Source of the DNA: Chiloscyllium plagiosum
Taxonomy: Eukaryota
Reading direction: 5' to 3'
Assembly: GCF_004010195.1 (NCBI RefSeq)
Contig: NC_057720.1
Span: 6,779,366-6,843,365 of the forward strand
Length of the DNA stretch: 64,000 bases
Below are positions 38,501-50,827 of the stretch, one piece after another. A model generated the notes under the pieces. The model searched no databases and was not told where the DNA came from. It saw only the letters and a list, made by a program, of their open reading frames with translations. The number at the start of each line of letters is the position of its first letter. Position 1 is the stretch's first letter. A program made the position numbers and the translations under genes.

Positions 38501-39977
38501 AGCATTTATTGCCCATCCCTAATTGCCTGGAGGGCAGTTAAGAGTCAACCACGTTGCTGTGGGTTTGGATTCACATGTAGGCCTGACCAGGTAAAGATGA
38601 CAGTTTCATTTCCAAAAGGACATCAGTGAACTAAATGGGGTTTTCAAACATTTCACAATGGATTCATGGTCACCAATGGAGTAGTAATTCCAGATTTTTA
38701 TTGAATTCACAATCCACCATCTGCCATGGCAGGATTTGAACCTGGATCCTCAAAGCATCATATGGGCCCCTGGATTAACGATTCAGTGATGATATCACTC
38801 AGCCAGCACCTTCTGCGGGCAGGCTCACAAGCAGTGAGTTGAGACCCCCAGACGACTCAGTTGCTGGAAGTTTGGCAAGATGGACAATCATCAAAGGAAG
38901 GCAAACTAGAGGACGATGTAACATTGTTAACCGTCTGGAAAAGCCAAATCTTGGAAAATTACATTGAACTGATTTGAGTGAGTAGAATAGGGAGCTACCG
39001 GATCAAAGGAGGAAGGAAAAAACATTTTGAACAGATCTCAACAGTATTGTCTTCACAGAATGACTGACCAATGCACGGAATAGATTGTGAAGAAAAGCAG
39101 AAGCAAGAAGGTTTCAGAAGTAGTTGAACACTGACATCATGGGATCTTATTGATGTCTGAAATGGTGGACTGCCTCAACTAGAATCAAGTTACAACCTGC
39201 TAATTTGTTGCAATTTGTGTGCAATTGTGGGGGTCTGGGTTGAACCCATTCAGCAAAAACCTGAGTTATTTTCGTTGCCAACTCATGTCAGACTCGATTT
39301 CCTAACATCATAGCATTACGAAGCTCAGATGTAGTTCCATGCTTTGTGTGAAAATGTGATGCAAGGTTTAGTTGTGTCTGTTTCACATCCCCTCTCTCAC
39401 AGTTAACAAAGGCTAACTAGTTCAAAAGGGACATGGAGTCTCAGTTAATTATAAATTCATGCTATTGTGAAGGTTTTGAATGTTTTAACATCTCTGGCAT
39501 TAGGCATCAAGTGAAATTGGAACCATGAACACTAAAGTCAAGAAGATTGGAGATGATTAAGTTCTGGTGTAGTGTTGAAGGATATTTGGACAAGGAAAAT
39601 CATGAACAACAGGGTTACAGAGCCAACAAAGGAGAGATAATTGTTACAGCCAGACCCAATTTCCTATGGGTCCAAATGAGATACCCCAAACTGTTAAGGC
39701 CTTGGGTGAGGTGGGATGAACTAGCTGCCCTTGGTTGAAAACAATATTAATTTAATAACCTTTTGGATACCTTTCCCCCAGACCCAAGTGAATATATGTT
39801 CAAGAGGAGCCAATTTAACCAAGCTTTCAATTTGCATAAGTTTAATTTCTTATTTACTAATTAACACAAAAGGAGCTGATATCCTATCACACATCTGCAC
39901 AGACTAGAAATAAGAAGTGAGTTTAAAAAAAACAAACTTGTAAGATAACAGATACAAATCAGTCTTTGAATGGTTTA

Positions 39978-40187
39978 TGTGGTGAGAATATGAACAGCAG
40001 CGAGGGCTGCAGATGCTGGAGAGTCAGAGTGGATAAAGTGTGGTGCTGGAAAAGCGCAGCAGGTCAGGCAGCATCTGAGGAGCAGGAGAGTCAATATTTC
40101 TGGCATAACCCTTCATGAAGCATTAACTTTCTTGCTCCTGCAACCTCACCTGCTGTGCTTTTTCGAGCGACACACTTTATCGACTGT
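39978..40187. mobile_element. Fold-back Penelope family A mini-element
   Basis: Inverted arms; flanks gaatatgaac / gaatatggac. Confidence 0.7.
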
Positions 40188-40779
40188 GAATATGGACTCA
40201 CAAGCAAGGAACAAGAGGAGGCCATTTGGCCCTTTGCACCTGCTCCACCATCAATAGGGTCGTGGCTGATGAAACTTTAACATCAGCTCAGCACTCCAGT
40301 GTAACCCTGATAGCGAATGCTGTGGCTGGTGCAGTGGAGGTGACTGGTCGTGTTGCTACTGGCAGTTGGAGTCAGTTTCACAGTCCTTCACTTTGTAGAT
40401 TGGTGCAGATTCTGCAGTTCCAAGTCCTTTTGAATGTGATCGAATTCCAGCATTCAGCACTTCTAAAAAAATCATTTGTGGGAAATGGGCATCGCTAGCC
40501 AGGCCAGTGTTTATTGCCCATCCCTGACTGCCCCTGAGAAAGTGGAGCTGAGCTGCTAGGGGAGTCGAAACAGGTTTTTTACTCCTCATCCTTCTGTATT
40601 ATTCAAGGGCAAGTCATGTCTGTAAGTTGGGACGTAAACCACCAAGGGCAGCTTGTGATTGAATGGAAATGGGCACTAGCCCCTTGTTAATGTTATTGTC
40701 ATGGAGATTCACAGAGTGGTCTGTATCAACTTGTCTCTTCCCCATTCAACCCACCACTCCCATTGTCCCCCTTATGTCT

Positions 40780-41240
40780 GTCATAAAATCATGGAGACAT
40801 AGACAAGATGGAGTCATACAGCAGAGAAACAGACCCTTCGGTCCAACCAGCCAATGCCGACCAAATTTCCCAAACTAAACCAGTCCCACTTGCCTGCATT
40901 TGGCCCATAGCCCTATAAACCTTTCCTATTCATGTACCTGTCCAAGTGTCTTTCAAATGTTGTAACTGTATCTGCATCTACCACTTCCTTTGGCAGTTCA
41001 TTCCATTCTTGAACCACCCTCTATGTGAAAAAGTTGCCTCTCGGCTCCCTTTCAAATATTTCTCCTCTTACCTTAAAAATATGCCCCCGAGTTTTGAACT
41101 CCCCCACCCTAGAGGAAAAGATCTTTGCTGTTCACCTTAACTATGCCCCTCATGGTTTTGGAAAGTTCACCCTTCAACCTCCTATGCTCCACTGAAAATA
41201 GGTCCCAGCCTATCCAACCTCTCCTTATGACATCAAAACC
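40780..41240 (-). mobile_element. CR1 3' fragment
   Basis: Same family as 30085-30525, more diverged. Confidence 0.8.
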
Positions 41241-42534
41241 TCAATGTAGCATTTTGTGGCTCTTTCTCTCTGGAGAATTAACATCCCAACCATTTTTGGC
41301 TCGATCAGCCCTCTTTTAAAAAAAAACATGTTTTGGAATAATAAGTTAAAAACGTCACGGTTTTTTGGAGTTGTGACCCATGGTCATGTGATGTAATGTG
41401 GTTTCTTCTTGTAAGAAAAATCCTTCTGGAAATCTCAGGGCACCTCATTCTGGGGGAAGTGGGGAGTGGGGGGTTGACAGAAAAGGATGACGGGGAGCTG
41501 TTTGATAGCACATCGCATCAGGGTGACCTGACGAAGGAGCAGCGCTCTGAAAACTTGCGATTTCAAATAAACCTGTCGGACTATAACCTGGTGTCGTATG
41601 ACCACTGACCACTCCAACCCAGTCCAACACCAGCAACTCCACATCCTTTGAGCAACACCTCCCAAATCCGTGACTTGGATTTGAAGAAAAGAACAAGAAG
41701 AAAAGATCCATGGGAATACCACGAGCTGCAAATTGGGGGTCCTTTAAAACTGCATTGTTCTCGGTGCAAGTTACCACAAATGCTGGAATCTCTACTGAAA
41801 ACAAAAACTGCTGGAAATCACAGAGGGTCAACAGTATTTATGGAGAGAGAGCAAGCTAATGTTTTGAGTCTAGATGACTCTTCATCAGATTGTTTTCCTG
41901 CATAGCATGAGATTTCAGTTAACTGCTTTCATGGCTGTAACTTGCTTTCCCAAGACATGAACAATTTCTCACAAATGAGACAGAAGGAAGGTGATCACAA
42001 AGACGACCAAAGCCAGCATCTTCCAGAAGCTGATGTCAAAGAATTATCTGCTCGTATATGCAACCTCATCATCAATGCAATGCTCAGAACGATAAAAGCT
42101 CTGTTCCACAGTAGAGGCAAAACTAACATTCATTTGAAACTGGACAATAGTTATTCTGAGCATTTGCTCTGTTCTCATTCGCTAATAAGGATTCAGACAT
42201 GTGATTTACATATTGTGGACTTTCATCCTCCAAAGACCGGAGGCCCAGAGCCAGAGGAGAGTCCTTGTAGGAGGCAGTGCTCAGCAATCCCCATCAAGGA
42301 GATGTCTTCTTCAGAGAGCACACACCAAAAGAAATTGAATGAAGATATTAGGAAGAGTTCCCCAACATTTCGGTTGAAGGTCAGAATACTGCCTTCATGA
42401 CTCCAATGAGATTGACTGTGCCCATCTCAGCTGCCTGTTCATCCTCTAGTATCAGTGACCTATCCTCAATTGTCACAGGTTGTATAATTTTTATTTGTCA
42501 AATGAACCAATGTGTGATATTTAAACTGCTGTTT

Positions 42535-43332
42535 AATGTGAGGTGCTGCATTTTGGGAAAGCAAATCTTAGCAGGACTTATACACTTAATGGTAAGGTCC
42601 TTGGGAGTGTTGCTGAACAAAGAGACCTTGGAGTGCAGGTTCATAGCTCCTTGAAAGTGGAGTCGTGGGTAGATAGGATAGTGAAGAAGGCGTCTGGTAT
42701 GCTTTCCTTTATTGGTCAGAGTATTGAGTACAGAGTTGGGAGGTCATGTTGCGACTGTACAGGACATTGGTTAGACCACTGCTGCTAGATTGCTTGCAAT
42801 TTTGGTCTCCTTTCTATCAGAAAGATGTTGTGAAATTTCAAAGGGTTCAGAAAAGATTTACAAGGATGTTGCCAGAGTTAGAGGATTTGAACTATAGGGA
42901 GAAGTTGAATAGGCTGGGGCTGTTTTCCCTGGAGTGTCGGAGGCTGAGGGTGTGATCTTATAGAGGTTTATAAAATTATGAGGGGCATGGATAGGATAAA
43001 TAGGCAAAGTCTTTTCCCTAGGGTGGGGGAGTCCAGGACTAGAGGGCACAGGTTTAGGGTGAGAGGGGAAAGATATAAAAGAGACCTAAAAGGCAAAGTT
43101 TTCGCACAGAGGGTGGTACGTGTATGGAATAAGCTGCCGGAGGAAGTGGTGGAGGCTGGTACAAATGCAACATTTAAAAAGGCAGCTAGATGGGTATATG
43201 AATAGGAAGGGTTTGGAGGGATATGGACCGGGTGCTGGCAGTTGGGACCAGATTGGGTTGGGATATCTGGTCGGCATGGACAGGTTGGACAGAAGGGTCT
43301 GTTTCCGTGCTGTACATCTCTATGACTCTATA
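42535..43332 (+). mobile_element. CR1/HER1 LINE 3' fragment
   Basis: LHFGKANLSRTYTLNG..RVQKRFTRMLP..ctctatgactcta tail. Confidence 0.92.
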
Positions 43333-43922
43333 ACATGTTAATACACTATCCAAAAATTCCTCACAAATGGTCTACTGTCTCTCTTAACCATTGTCACAAA
43401 CCCAAAAATCTAACAATCCCTCCAACTCACATGCCATCCTAACTTGAAACTGTATCACAATATCTGCTTCATTGCCATTGGGTCAACAGATTGGGATTCC
43501 CCTTAAAATACTGTGGGCACTCATACATTCCAAGAACTGCAGCAGTTCAAAGACACAGCTCACCTACACCTCCTTAAGAGCATTTAGTAATGGACAATAA
43601 ATGCTGACCCAGCCGAAGATGCCCACATCCTGTAACAGATGGAAGAAGGACTCCTCACCAACATAGTTATCCAATGGGATTATGGAAATTTTACAAGGTC
43701 TGAGCGCAGTTTAACTGCACAATGGTCACATTTCCGCAAATTTTAAAATTGCTCTCCCATCTTTTTCGAAAGAGCTAAAGTGTCAAGGATGAAACAGATA
43801 CAGATAATGCTGGAGAAACTCAGTGAGTCTGGCAGCATGTGTGGAAAGAGAAACAGAGTTAATGATTCTTCTTCAGAACTGGCTTGGACTTTCTGCAGTT
43901 CTGGAGAAGAGCTAAACCAGAC

Positions 43923-44234
43923 TCATAGAATCCCTACAGCATGGAAGCAGGCCATTCAGCCCATCATGTCCACATGGACCCTCCAAAGAGCATCCCACCT
44001 CTCTGTACCCCTGCTTTAACCACAGTTAATCCACATACTATGGTCAATTTAGCATGGCCAATCCACCTAACCTGCACATCTTTGGATTGAGGGAGGAAAC
44101 CGGAGCACCCAGAGGAAACCCACGCAAACACGGGGAAAATGTGCATACTCTGCACAGAGAGTCACCCGAGGCTGGAATCGCAGCAGGGTTCCTGGAGTTG
44201 TGAGGCAGCAGTGCTAACCACTGAGCTACCATGT
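43923..44234 (-). mobile_element. HE1-like V-SINE inserted in a Penelope family D fold-back element (~43790-44312)
   Basis: V-domain on minus; flanks ctcag..tctggcagcat..gagtta / ttaactctg..gatgctgtcagacctg. Confidence 0.8.
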
Positions 44235-44287
44235 CAAAAGATTAACTCTGTTTCTCTCTGCACAGATGCTGTCAGACCTGCAGAGTT

Positions 44288-44357
44288 TCACCAGCACACT
44301 CTGTGCTTGTTTCACCTAAAGCTCACCAGCACACTCTGTGCTTGTTTCACCTAAAGC
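44288..44357 (+). repeat. Exact 35-bp tandem duplication
   Basis: tcaccagcacactctgtgcttgtttcacctaaagc x2. Confidence 0.95.
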
Positions 44358-44371
44358 ATTCTGCCTTTATT

Positions 44372-45544
44372 AATGATTTGGAGATGCCGGTGTTGGACTG
44401 GGGTGTACAAAGTTAAAAATCACACAACACCAGGTTATAGTCCAACAGGTTTAATTGGAAGCACACTAGCTTTCGGAGCGGCGCTCCTCCATCAGGTGAT
44501 AGTGGAGGGCTCAATCCTAACACACAGAATTTATAGCAAAAATTTGCAGTGTGATGTAACTGAAATTATACGTTGAAAAATTGATTGTCTGTTAAGCCTT
44601 TCATCTGTTAGAATACATTGATAGTTTCACTTCATTCATGTGTAAATCACAAAACCTTCTTTTTAAAAAGTTGCATTCTCGGGTTAGCTGTTAACAATGG
44701 TGATAGCTAGACAATATGTTGAAGGTATTAGCCCCCTGTGTTCTCTGTCTATGACCTGATGTTTAGATTGATTCCAATNNNNNNNNNNNNNNNNNNNNNN
44801 NNNNNNNNNNNNNNNNNNNNNNNNNNNNNNNNNNNNNNNNNNNNNNNNNNNNNNNNNNNNNNNNNNNNNNNNNNNNNNNNNNNNNNNNNNNNNNNNNNNN
44901 NNNNNNNNNNNNNNNNNNNNNNNNNNNNNNNNNNNNNNNNNNNNNNNNNNNNNNNNNNNNNNNNNNNNNNNNNNNNNNNNNNNNNNNNNNNNNNNNNNNN
45001 NNNNNNNNNNNNNNNNNNNNNNNNNNNNNNNNNNNNNNNNNNNNNNNNNNNNNNNNNNNNNNNNNNNNNNNNNNNNNNNNNNNNNNNNNNNNNNNNNNNN
45101 NNNNNNNNNNNNNNNNNNNNNNNNNNNNNNNNNNNNNNNNNNNNNNNNNNNNNNNNNNNNNNNNNNNNNNNNNNNNNNNNNNNNNNNNNNNNNNNNNNNN
45201 NNNNNNNNNNNNNNNNNNNNNNNNGGTGATAGTGGAGGGCTCAATCCTAACACACAGAACTTTTTAAAAAGAAGGTTTTGTGATTTACACATGAAAGAAG
45301 TGAAACTATCACTGTATTCTAACAGATGAAAGGCTTAACAGACAATCAATTTTTCAATGTATAATTTCAGTTATATCACACTATAAATTTTTGCTATAAA
45401 TTTTGTGTATTAGGATTGAGCCCTCCACTATCACCTGATGGAGGAGCGTCGCTCCGAAAGCTAGTGTGCTTCCAATTAAACCTCCGAAAGCTAGTGTGCT
45501 TCCAATTAAACCTGTTGGACTATAACCTGGTGTTGTGTGATTTT
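44372..45544. mobile_element. Penelope-type (family C) element with inverted pLTRs spanning an assembly gap; 10-bp TSD
   Basis: ~45260-45544 is the reverse complement of ~44415-44670; tgcctttatt at 44362-44371 and 45545-45554. Confidence 0.75.
44779..45224. other. Assembly gap (446 N)
   Basis: Run of N. Confidence 1.
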
Positions 45545-45779
45545 TGCCTTTATTGAAGATGTCAAGGTAATCCATTTGACCTTCCTCAGCATACGAAGGG
45601 TCTTCAAAACTATGGAGATTGCAAATAGAGTGGAATTAGGTTAGGAATTCAGCAGCTAAGAGTGAGAAACTAAATCAAGCAGAAGATGTTAATTTAAAGA
45701 GTAATGAACCTGTAGGCTCAGTTACGAAGGAAGCAGACTGTTCATGAAGTAAGGAGAAAATTGGATATGCTCCTGTGAT

Positions 45780-46965
45780 GAAGATTTAGGAATAATTCGA
45801 TCAAGCCATTTAAAATGTTAAAAGGATTGAATGTCCAAATACAGCGAAATTGTTTCCACTAAAGGGAGTAGCCAATAACCTGTGAACATAATCTTCGCAG
45901 TGGACCTAGGATCAATTAAAAATAAATCAGAAATCACTGTTTCACACAAAGCATGATAGAAACCTGAATTCTCTACTCTGAAAGGATATGGGCAATTGAA
46001 ACTTTCAAGACAGAGATTGATCAATGTTTCTTTGGTTCGGTACATCTGAGGAGATAGAGGGAAGGTAAGTGAATACAATTAAGGTCCATTTCAGCCAGGA
46101 TCATTTAAAAGGATGTGAACGGCTCTGATAGAAAAGTATACAATTCTGACAGAGCTGGACAGACTCTGTAGAGATGACGTTTTGTCTGGTTTTGGAATCT
46201 AGAAGGAGGACACAGTCACGGAATGTGGGGAGACCATTTGACATTGAGATGAAGAAACATTTCTTCACTCAAACAGTAGTGAAGCTGTGAAATTCTCTGA
46301 AGGATGTGGAGATCCAGTCACTGAATGTATTCAAAAAAGACATTGACTGCTTTTCAGATATTAATGGCATCAAGAGGTGTGGAGAGAAAGTGGGAGCGTA
46401 GCTTTGAAATAGAGGATCAGCCATGATTTTATTTAATGGTGAACCAGGCTCGAAGGGCCAAATGGTCTACTCATGCTTTTAGTTTCCATGCTTTTATGTT
46501 TACGATTATAGAGTCATAGAGATGTACAGCACGGAAACAGACCCTTCAGTCAATCTTGTCCATGCCGACCAGATATCCTAACATAATCTGGTCACATTCA
46601 CCAGCACTTGGCCCATATCCCTCTAAACCCTTCCTATTCATACACCCATCCAGATGTCTTTTCAATGCTATAATTGTACCAGCCTCCACCACTTCCTCTG
46701 GCAGCTCATTCCATACATGCGCAACCCTCTACATGAAAAGGTTGCCCCTTAGGTCCCTTTTATATCTTTCCCTGTCACCTTAGACCTATGCCCTCTAGTT
46801 CTGGATTCCCCCACCACAGGGAAAAGACCTTGTCTACTTACCCTATCCATGCCCCTCATGATTTTATAAACGTCTATAAGGTCACCCCTTAGCGTCCAAT
46901 GCTCCAGGGAAAACAGCCCCATCCTATTCAGCCTCTCCCTACAGCTCAAATCCTCCAACCCTGGA
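45780..46965. mobile_element. Three CR1 3' fragments (two degenerate plus-strand; one minus-strand at 46508-46965)
   Basis: EDLSCRERLNRMGLFSLE..RGDLI on minus; cttcttcactcaaacagtagtgaagctgtg on plus. Confidence 0.75.
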
Positions 46966-47022
46966 AGGTTGGATCAAGTGCTTGAATAGACTAAGCCTGA
47001 TCCTATGAAATGAGCATTGAGT

Positions 47023-47126
47023 TTTAGGGATTGAAACGAGTTAGATCTCATTGACTGTGATATCCTTGATTGGTGTGGTTCACCTGGGCCAATCAGGGAT
47101 CCCTGGCTGACTGATATAAACAAGAG
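47023..47126 (+). mobile_element. 5' half of the LTR-like element, ending at the TATA box target
   Basis: cctgggccaatcagggatccctggctgactgatataaacaagag; TATAAA at 47115-47120. Confidence 0.8.
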
Positions 47127-48090
47127 AATTTCAGGGAGAGGTGGGCACCGCAGGGAGTAGAGTGCATTATTTCCCCCTCCAACTCTATTTTGATTTAGAC
47201 CCTACCCACCCCTTCACTGTTTGATCACACAGCACTGCCCTTTGATGTGAAGGGCAGTGTTTGTCACTGGCCACTCGAGTGTTTTCCTATCTTCCTGGTG
47301 GTGGAAATTGAATAAAAATTCGTACACCTTGTATCTCTCACTGTGTCTCACACCTGCACACACATACCATGGGTGCTGGGGAAAAAATAAGCACTACCGC
47401 GGTTAGGCGGTAGTGTGGGAAATAAAAATTAAAAAATAGAAAAAAAAGAAAAAATAAACAAGAGAACTTTCAAGGAGAGGTGGGCGCCGCAGGGAGTGGA
47501 GTGCATTATTTCCCCCTCCAACTCTATTTTGATTTAGTCCCTACCCTCCCCTTCACTGTTTGATCACACAGCATTGCCTTTTGATGAGAAGGGCACTGCT
47601 TGTCACTGGCCACTCAGGTGTTTTCCTATCTTCCTGGTGGTGGAAATTGAATAAAGATTTGTGCACCTTGTGTCTCTCACTGTGTCTCACACCTACACAC
47701 ACACCATGGGCGCTGGGGAAAAAATAAGCACTACTGCAGTTAGGCGGTAGTGTGGGGGTTAATAAAAAAAAAAGAACAAGAAAAAGAATTTAAGAAAAGA
47801 AAAAAAAAACAAGAGAACTTTCAGGGAGAGGTGGGTGCCGCAGGGAGTGGAGTGCATTATTTCCCCCACCAACTCTAATTTGATTTAATCCCTACCCTCC
47901 CCTTCACTGTTTGATCACACAGCATTGCCTTTTGTGAAGGGCACTGCTTGTCACTGGCCACTCGGGTGTTTTCCTATCTTCCTGGTAGTGGAAATTGAAT
48001 AAAGATTCGTACACCTTGTGTCTCTCACTGTGTCTCATTCCTGCACACACGCAACATGGGTGCTGGGAAGAGAGAAAAAAAAGAAAGAAA

Positions 48091-48236
48091 ATAAATAGGA
48101 GCATCAGACATCCTATTCACTCTGACAGCTGGCTCTGAGGGAGCTAGAGCAGTGCCAAGTACTGTGCAAGTGTAAATAAAAGGCGACTTGGTGTCAGGAT
48201 ACCGGTCTCTGTGGAGTTACTTCAGTGGCAACGAGA
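48091..48236 (+). mobile_element. Extra LTR 3' half followed by a PBS-like motif
   Basis: ataaataggagcatcag...gtaaataaaaggcgacttgg...ttacttCA-g-TGGCAACGAG; resembles TGGCGACGAG, the complement of the tRNA-Ser(GCT) 3' end. Confidence 0.7.
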
Positions 48237-48409
48237 CAAATAAAATACTATGAAAAAAAAAATCAGGAGTGTCCAACATCCTGACACTCTGAGAAAAAAT
48301 GGTGTCAGGATACCGGTCTCTGTGGAGTTACTTCAGTGGCAACGAGACAAATAAAATACTATGAAAAAAAAATCAGGAGTGTCCAACATCCTGACACTCT
48401 GAGAAAAAA
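48189..48409 (+). repeat. ~111-bp tandem duplication
   Basis: tggtgtcaggataccgg...ctgacactctgagaaaaaa at 48189-48299 and 48300-48409. Confidence 0.9.
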
Positions 48410-49252
48410 AAAATTAAAAATAAATAAATAAACAAACAAGGAACTTTCAGGGAGAGGTGGGCACCGCAGGGAGTGGAGTGCATTATTTCCCCCTCAAACT
48501 CTATTTTGATTTAATCCCTGCCCTTCCCTCCCCTTCACTGTTTGATCACACAGCATTGCCTTTTGTGAAGGGCACTGCTTGTCAGTGGCCACTCGGGTGT
48601 TTCCTTTCTTCCTGGTGGTGGAAATTTGAATAAAGATTCGTGCACCTTGTGTCTCTCACTGTGTCTCACACCTACACACACACACCATGGGTGCTGGGGA
48701 AAAAATAAGCACTACCACAGTTAGGCGGTAGTGTCGGGGTTAAGAAAAAAAGAGAAAGAAAAAAAAAGAGCAGGAGTGTCTCACACAGCATTAAAAAAAG
48801 AAAAGAAAGAAAAAAGAAAGAAAAAAAAAATAACCAGGATATTTAGGACACTGCTTGTCACTGGCCACTCGGGTGTTTTCCTATCTTCCTGGTGGTGGAA
48901 AAAGAGAAAAAAAAACAGGAGTGTCAACATGACGTTCTGGCTTTAAAAAAAAGAAAAAAATAAACAAGAGAACTTTCAGGGAGAGGTGGGCGCCGCAGGG
49001 AGTGGAGTGCATTATTTCCCCCTCCAACTCTATTTTGATTTAATCCCTGCCCTCCCCTTCACTGTTTGATCACACAGCATTGCCCTTTGTGTAGGGCACT
49101 GCTTGTCACTGGCCACTCGGGTGTTTGCTTTCTCCCTGGTGATGGAATATAAATAAAGATATGCACACTTGTTGTTTTTCACTGTGCCCTACACCTGCAC
49201 ACACGCACATGGGTTCTGGGGAAAATATAAGCGCTACCGCTGTCGAAAGAAA

Positions 49253-49378
49253 ATAAACAGGAGACTGAGAAGGCCTCCCCAGACTTGGCACCAGCTCTGA
49301 GCTGGCTGGTCAGAGCCCTTGTACTGTCTACAGGTAAATACGCGGAGACATTATATTGGCCTCTGTGCAATTATTTCA
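49253..49378 (+). mobile_element. 3' half of the host LTR-like element
   Basis: ataaacaggagactg...gtactgt..gtaaata..ggcctctgtgcaattatttCA, homologous to 36297-36420(-). Confidence 0.75.
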
Positions 49379-49564
49379 GAGGTACACCACTGAAAGGTCA
49401 AGAGATGGAACTGATGTCTGAGAAAGAGGGGAGAGGTGATGGCCTTGTAGTATTAATGTTGGACTATTAATCCAGAGACTCAGATAATGTTCTGGAAAGT
49501 TCAGTTTAAATCCTGCCATAGCAGATGGTGGAATTTGAATTCAATTGGGATGGGTCTTCAATTG

Positions 49565-49840
49565 GGATGGGTGCAGTGGTTAGCACTGCTGCCTCACAGC
49601 ACCAGGGAACTTGGTTCAATTCGCCCTTGGGTGACTGTCTGTATGGAGTTTGCATATTCTCCCTCTGTCTGTGTGGGTTTCCTCCCAAAATCCAAAGATG
49701 TGCGGGTTAAGTGGATTGGCCTTGAGAAATGCAGGGTTACAGGGATAGGGTAGGGGCTTGGAACCATGTGGGATGGTCTTCAGAGGGTCAGTGTGGACTC
49801 GATGGGCCAAACGGCCTGCTTCCATACTATAGGAATTGTA
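49565..49840 (+). mobile_element. HE1-like V-SINE
   Basis: agtggttagcactgctgcctcacagc, V-domain. Confidence 0.85.
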
Positions 49841-50827
49841 TGAAAAAAAAATGCACTTCTTTCAAATGTCTGATTTTGTTTTGTAGCTTTACTCCATATT
49901 TCTACTCTGTGCTTCACAACACTTTGTCCTTAATATAGATAAGACCAGAGATGGCCTCATCTCATGAATGAGATGAGGCCATCTCTGGCCATGCAGCATT
50001 TATTGCCCAGAGGGCAGTTAAGAGTCAACCACATTGCTGTGGGTCTGGAGTCACATGTAGGCCAGACTAGGTAAGGAAGGCAGATTCCTTCCCTAAAGGA
50101 CATTAGTGAACCAGATGGGTTTCCCAACAATTGGCAGTGGTTGCAAGTGATCACTAGTGTCTTAATTCCAGGTTTTGTTTACTAAATTCAAATTCCACTA
50201 TCTGCTGCAGCAGGATGTGAACCCGCATACCAAAGAATTACCTGGGTCTCTGGATTAATAATCCAGTGATAATACCTCTCGGCCATTGCCTCGCCTGACA
50301 CAGCAACCTGTGGGGAAGACCGAAACCAAGGGTTATGCATATCAGACAGTCCAATAAGGCATCATACAAACTCATTCTTTGTCCATGAGATCATGCTGAT
50401 ATTTAATTTGCTGTAACATCGAATGGTTGACTTGGTATTTCATTTCGGTGGAAGTGAGATAAGTATTTGAGGAAGAATGGAATGGATGGACAAGCTTGAC
50501 AGGGTTAAAGGATATAGTGTAGGAGGTGGTTTCACAATCTGACCTTCTGGTCCTTTCTCCCTGATACATTTATCCAGCTTCTCCTAAATTATTTACTTTT
50601 GATTACAAACATTCCACTGTAATGTACCACACATTTGAGGGAAAGAGGTTCCTTGTAAATCTCCTACTAGATTTATCATTGACAGTCTTATTGTTATATA
50701 ACGCTCCTAACAAGGGAGGATCATCTGCACTACTGAGATCCTTTATAACTTTAAATATCCTCTCCAGGTGACTCCCCAACTCTCCCTTTTCTAGTGTGAA
50801 GAGCCCATGTAGAGTTTGTTTAACAGG

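Larger units (their letters stand above)
47129..49252 (+). mobile_element. Head-to-tail array of five ~270-340-bp Tx1 3'-end copies plus short polyadenylated inserts
   Basis: Units start ttca(g/a)ggagaggtggg at ~47129, 47469, 47819, 48445, 48974; each matches 1903-2195 and ends in its own A-rich tail. Confidence 0.92.

Noticed and set aside
41942..42400. 152-aa ORF
   Set aside because: No recognisable motif or convincing splice context; a faint Harbinger-like HSL..Q.CD resemblance is too weak to call.
47129..49252. CRISPR-like or satellite array
   Set aside because: Units are ~300-bp LINE 3' ends with poly(A)-like tails, not short repeats with unique spacers; vertebrate context and no cas genes.
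47019..49383. TSD for the host LTR (gagt / gagg)
   Set aside because: Mismatch in 4 bp and a decayed 5' terminus; not reliable. No TSD was seen for the other two LTR copies either.
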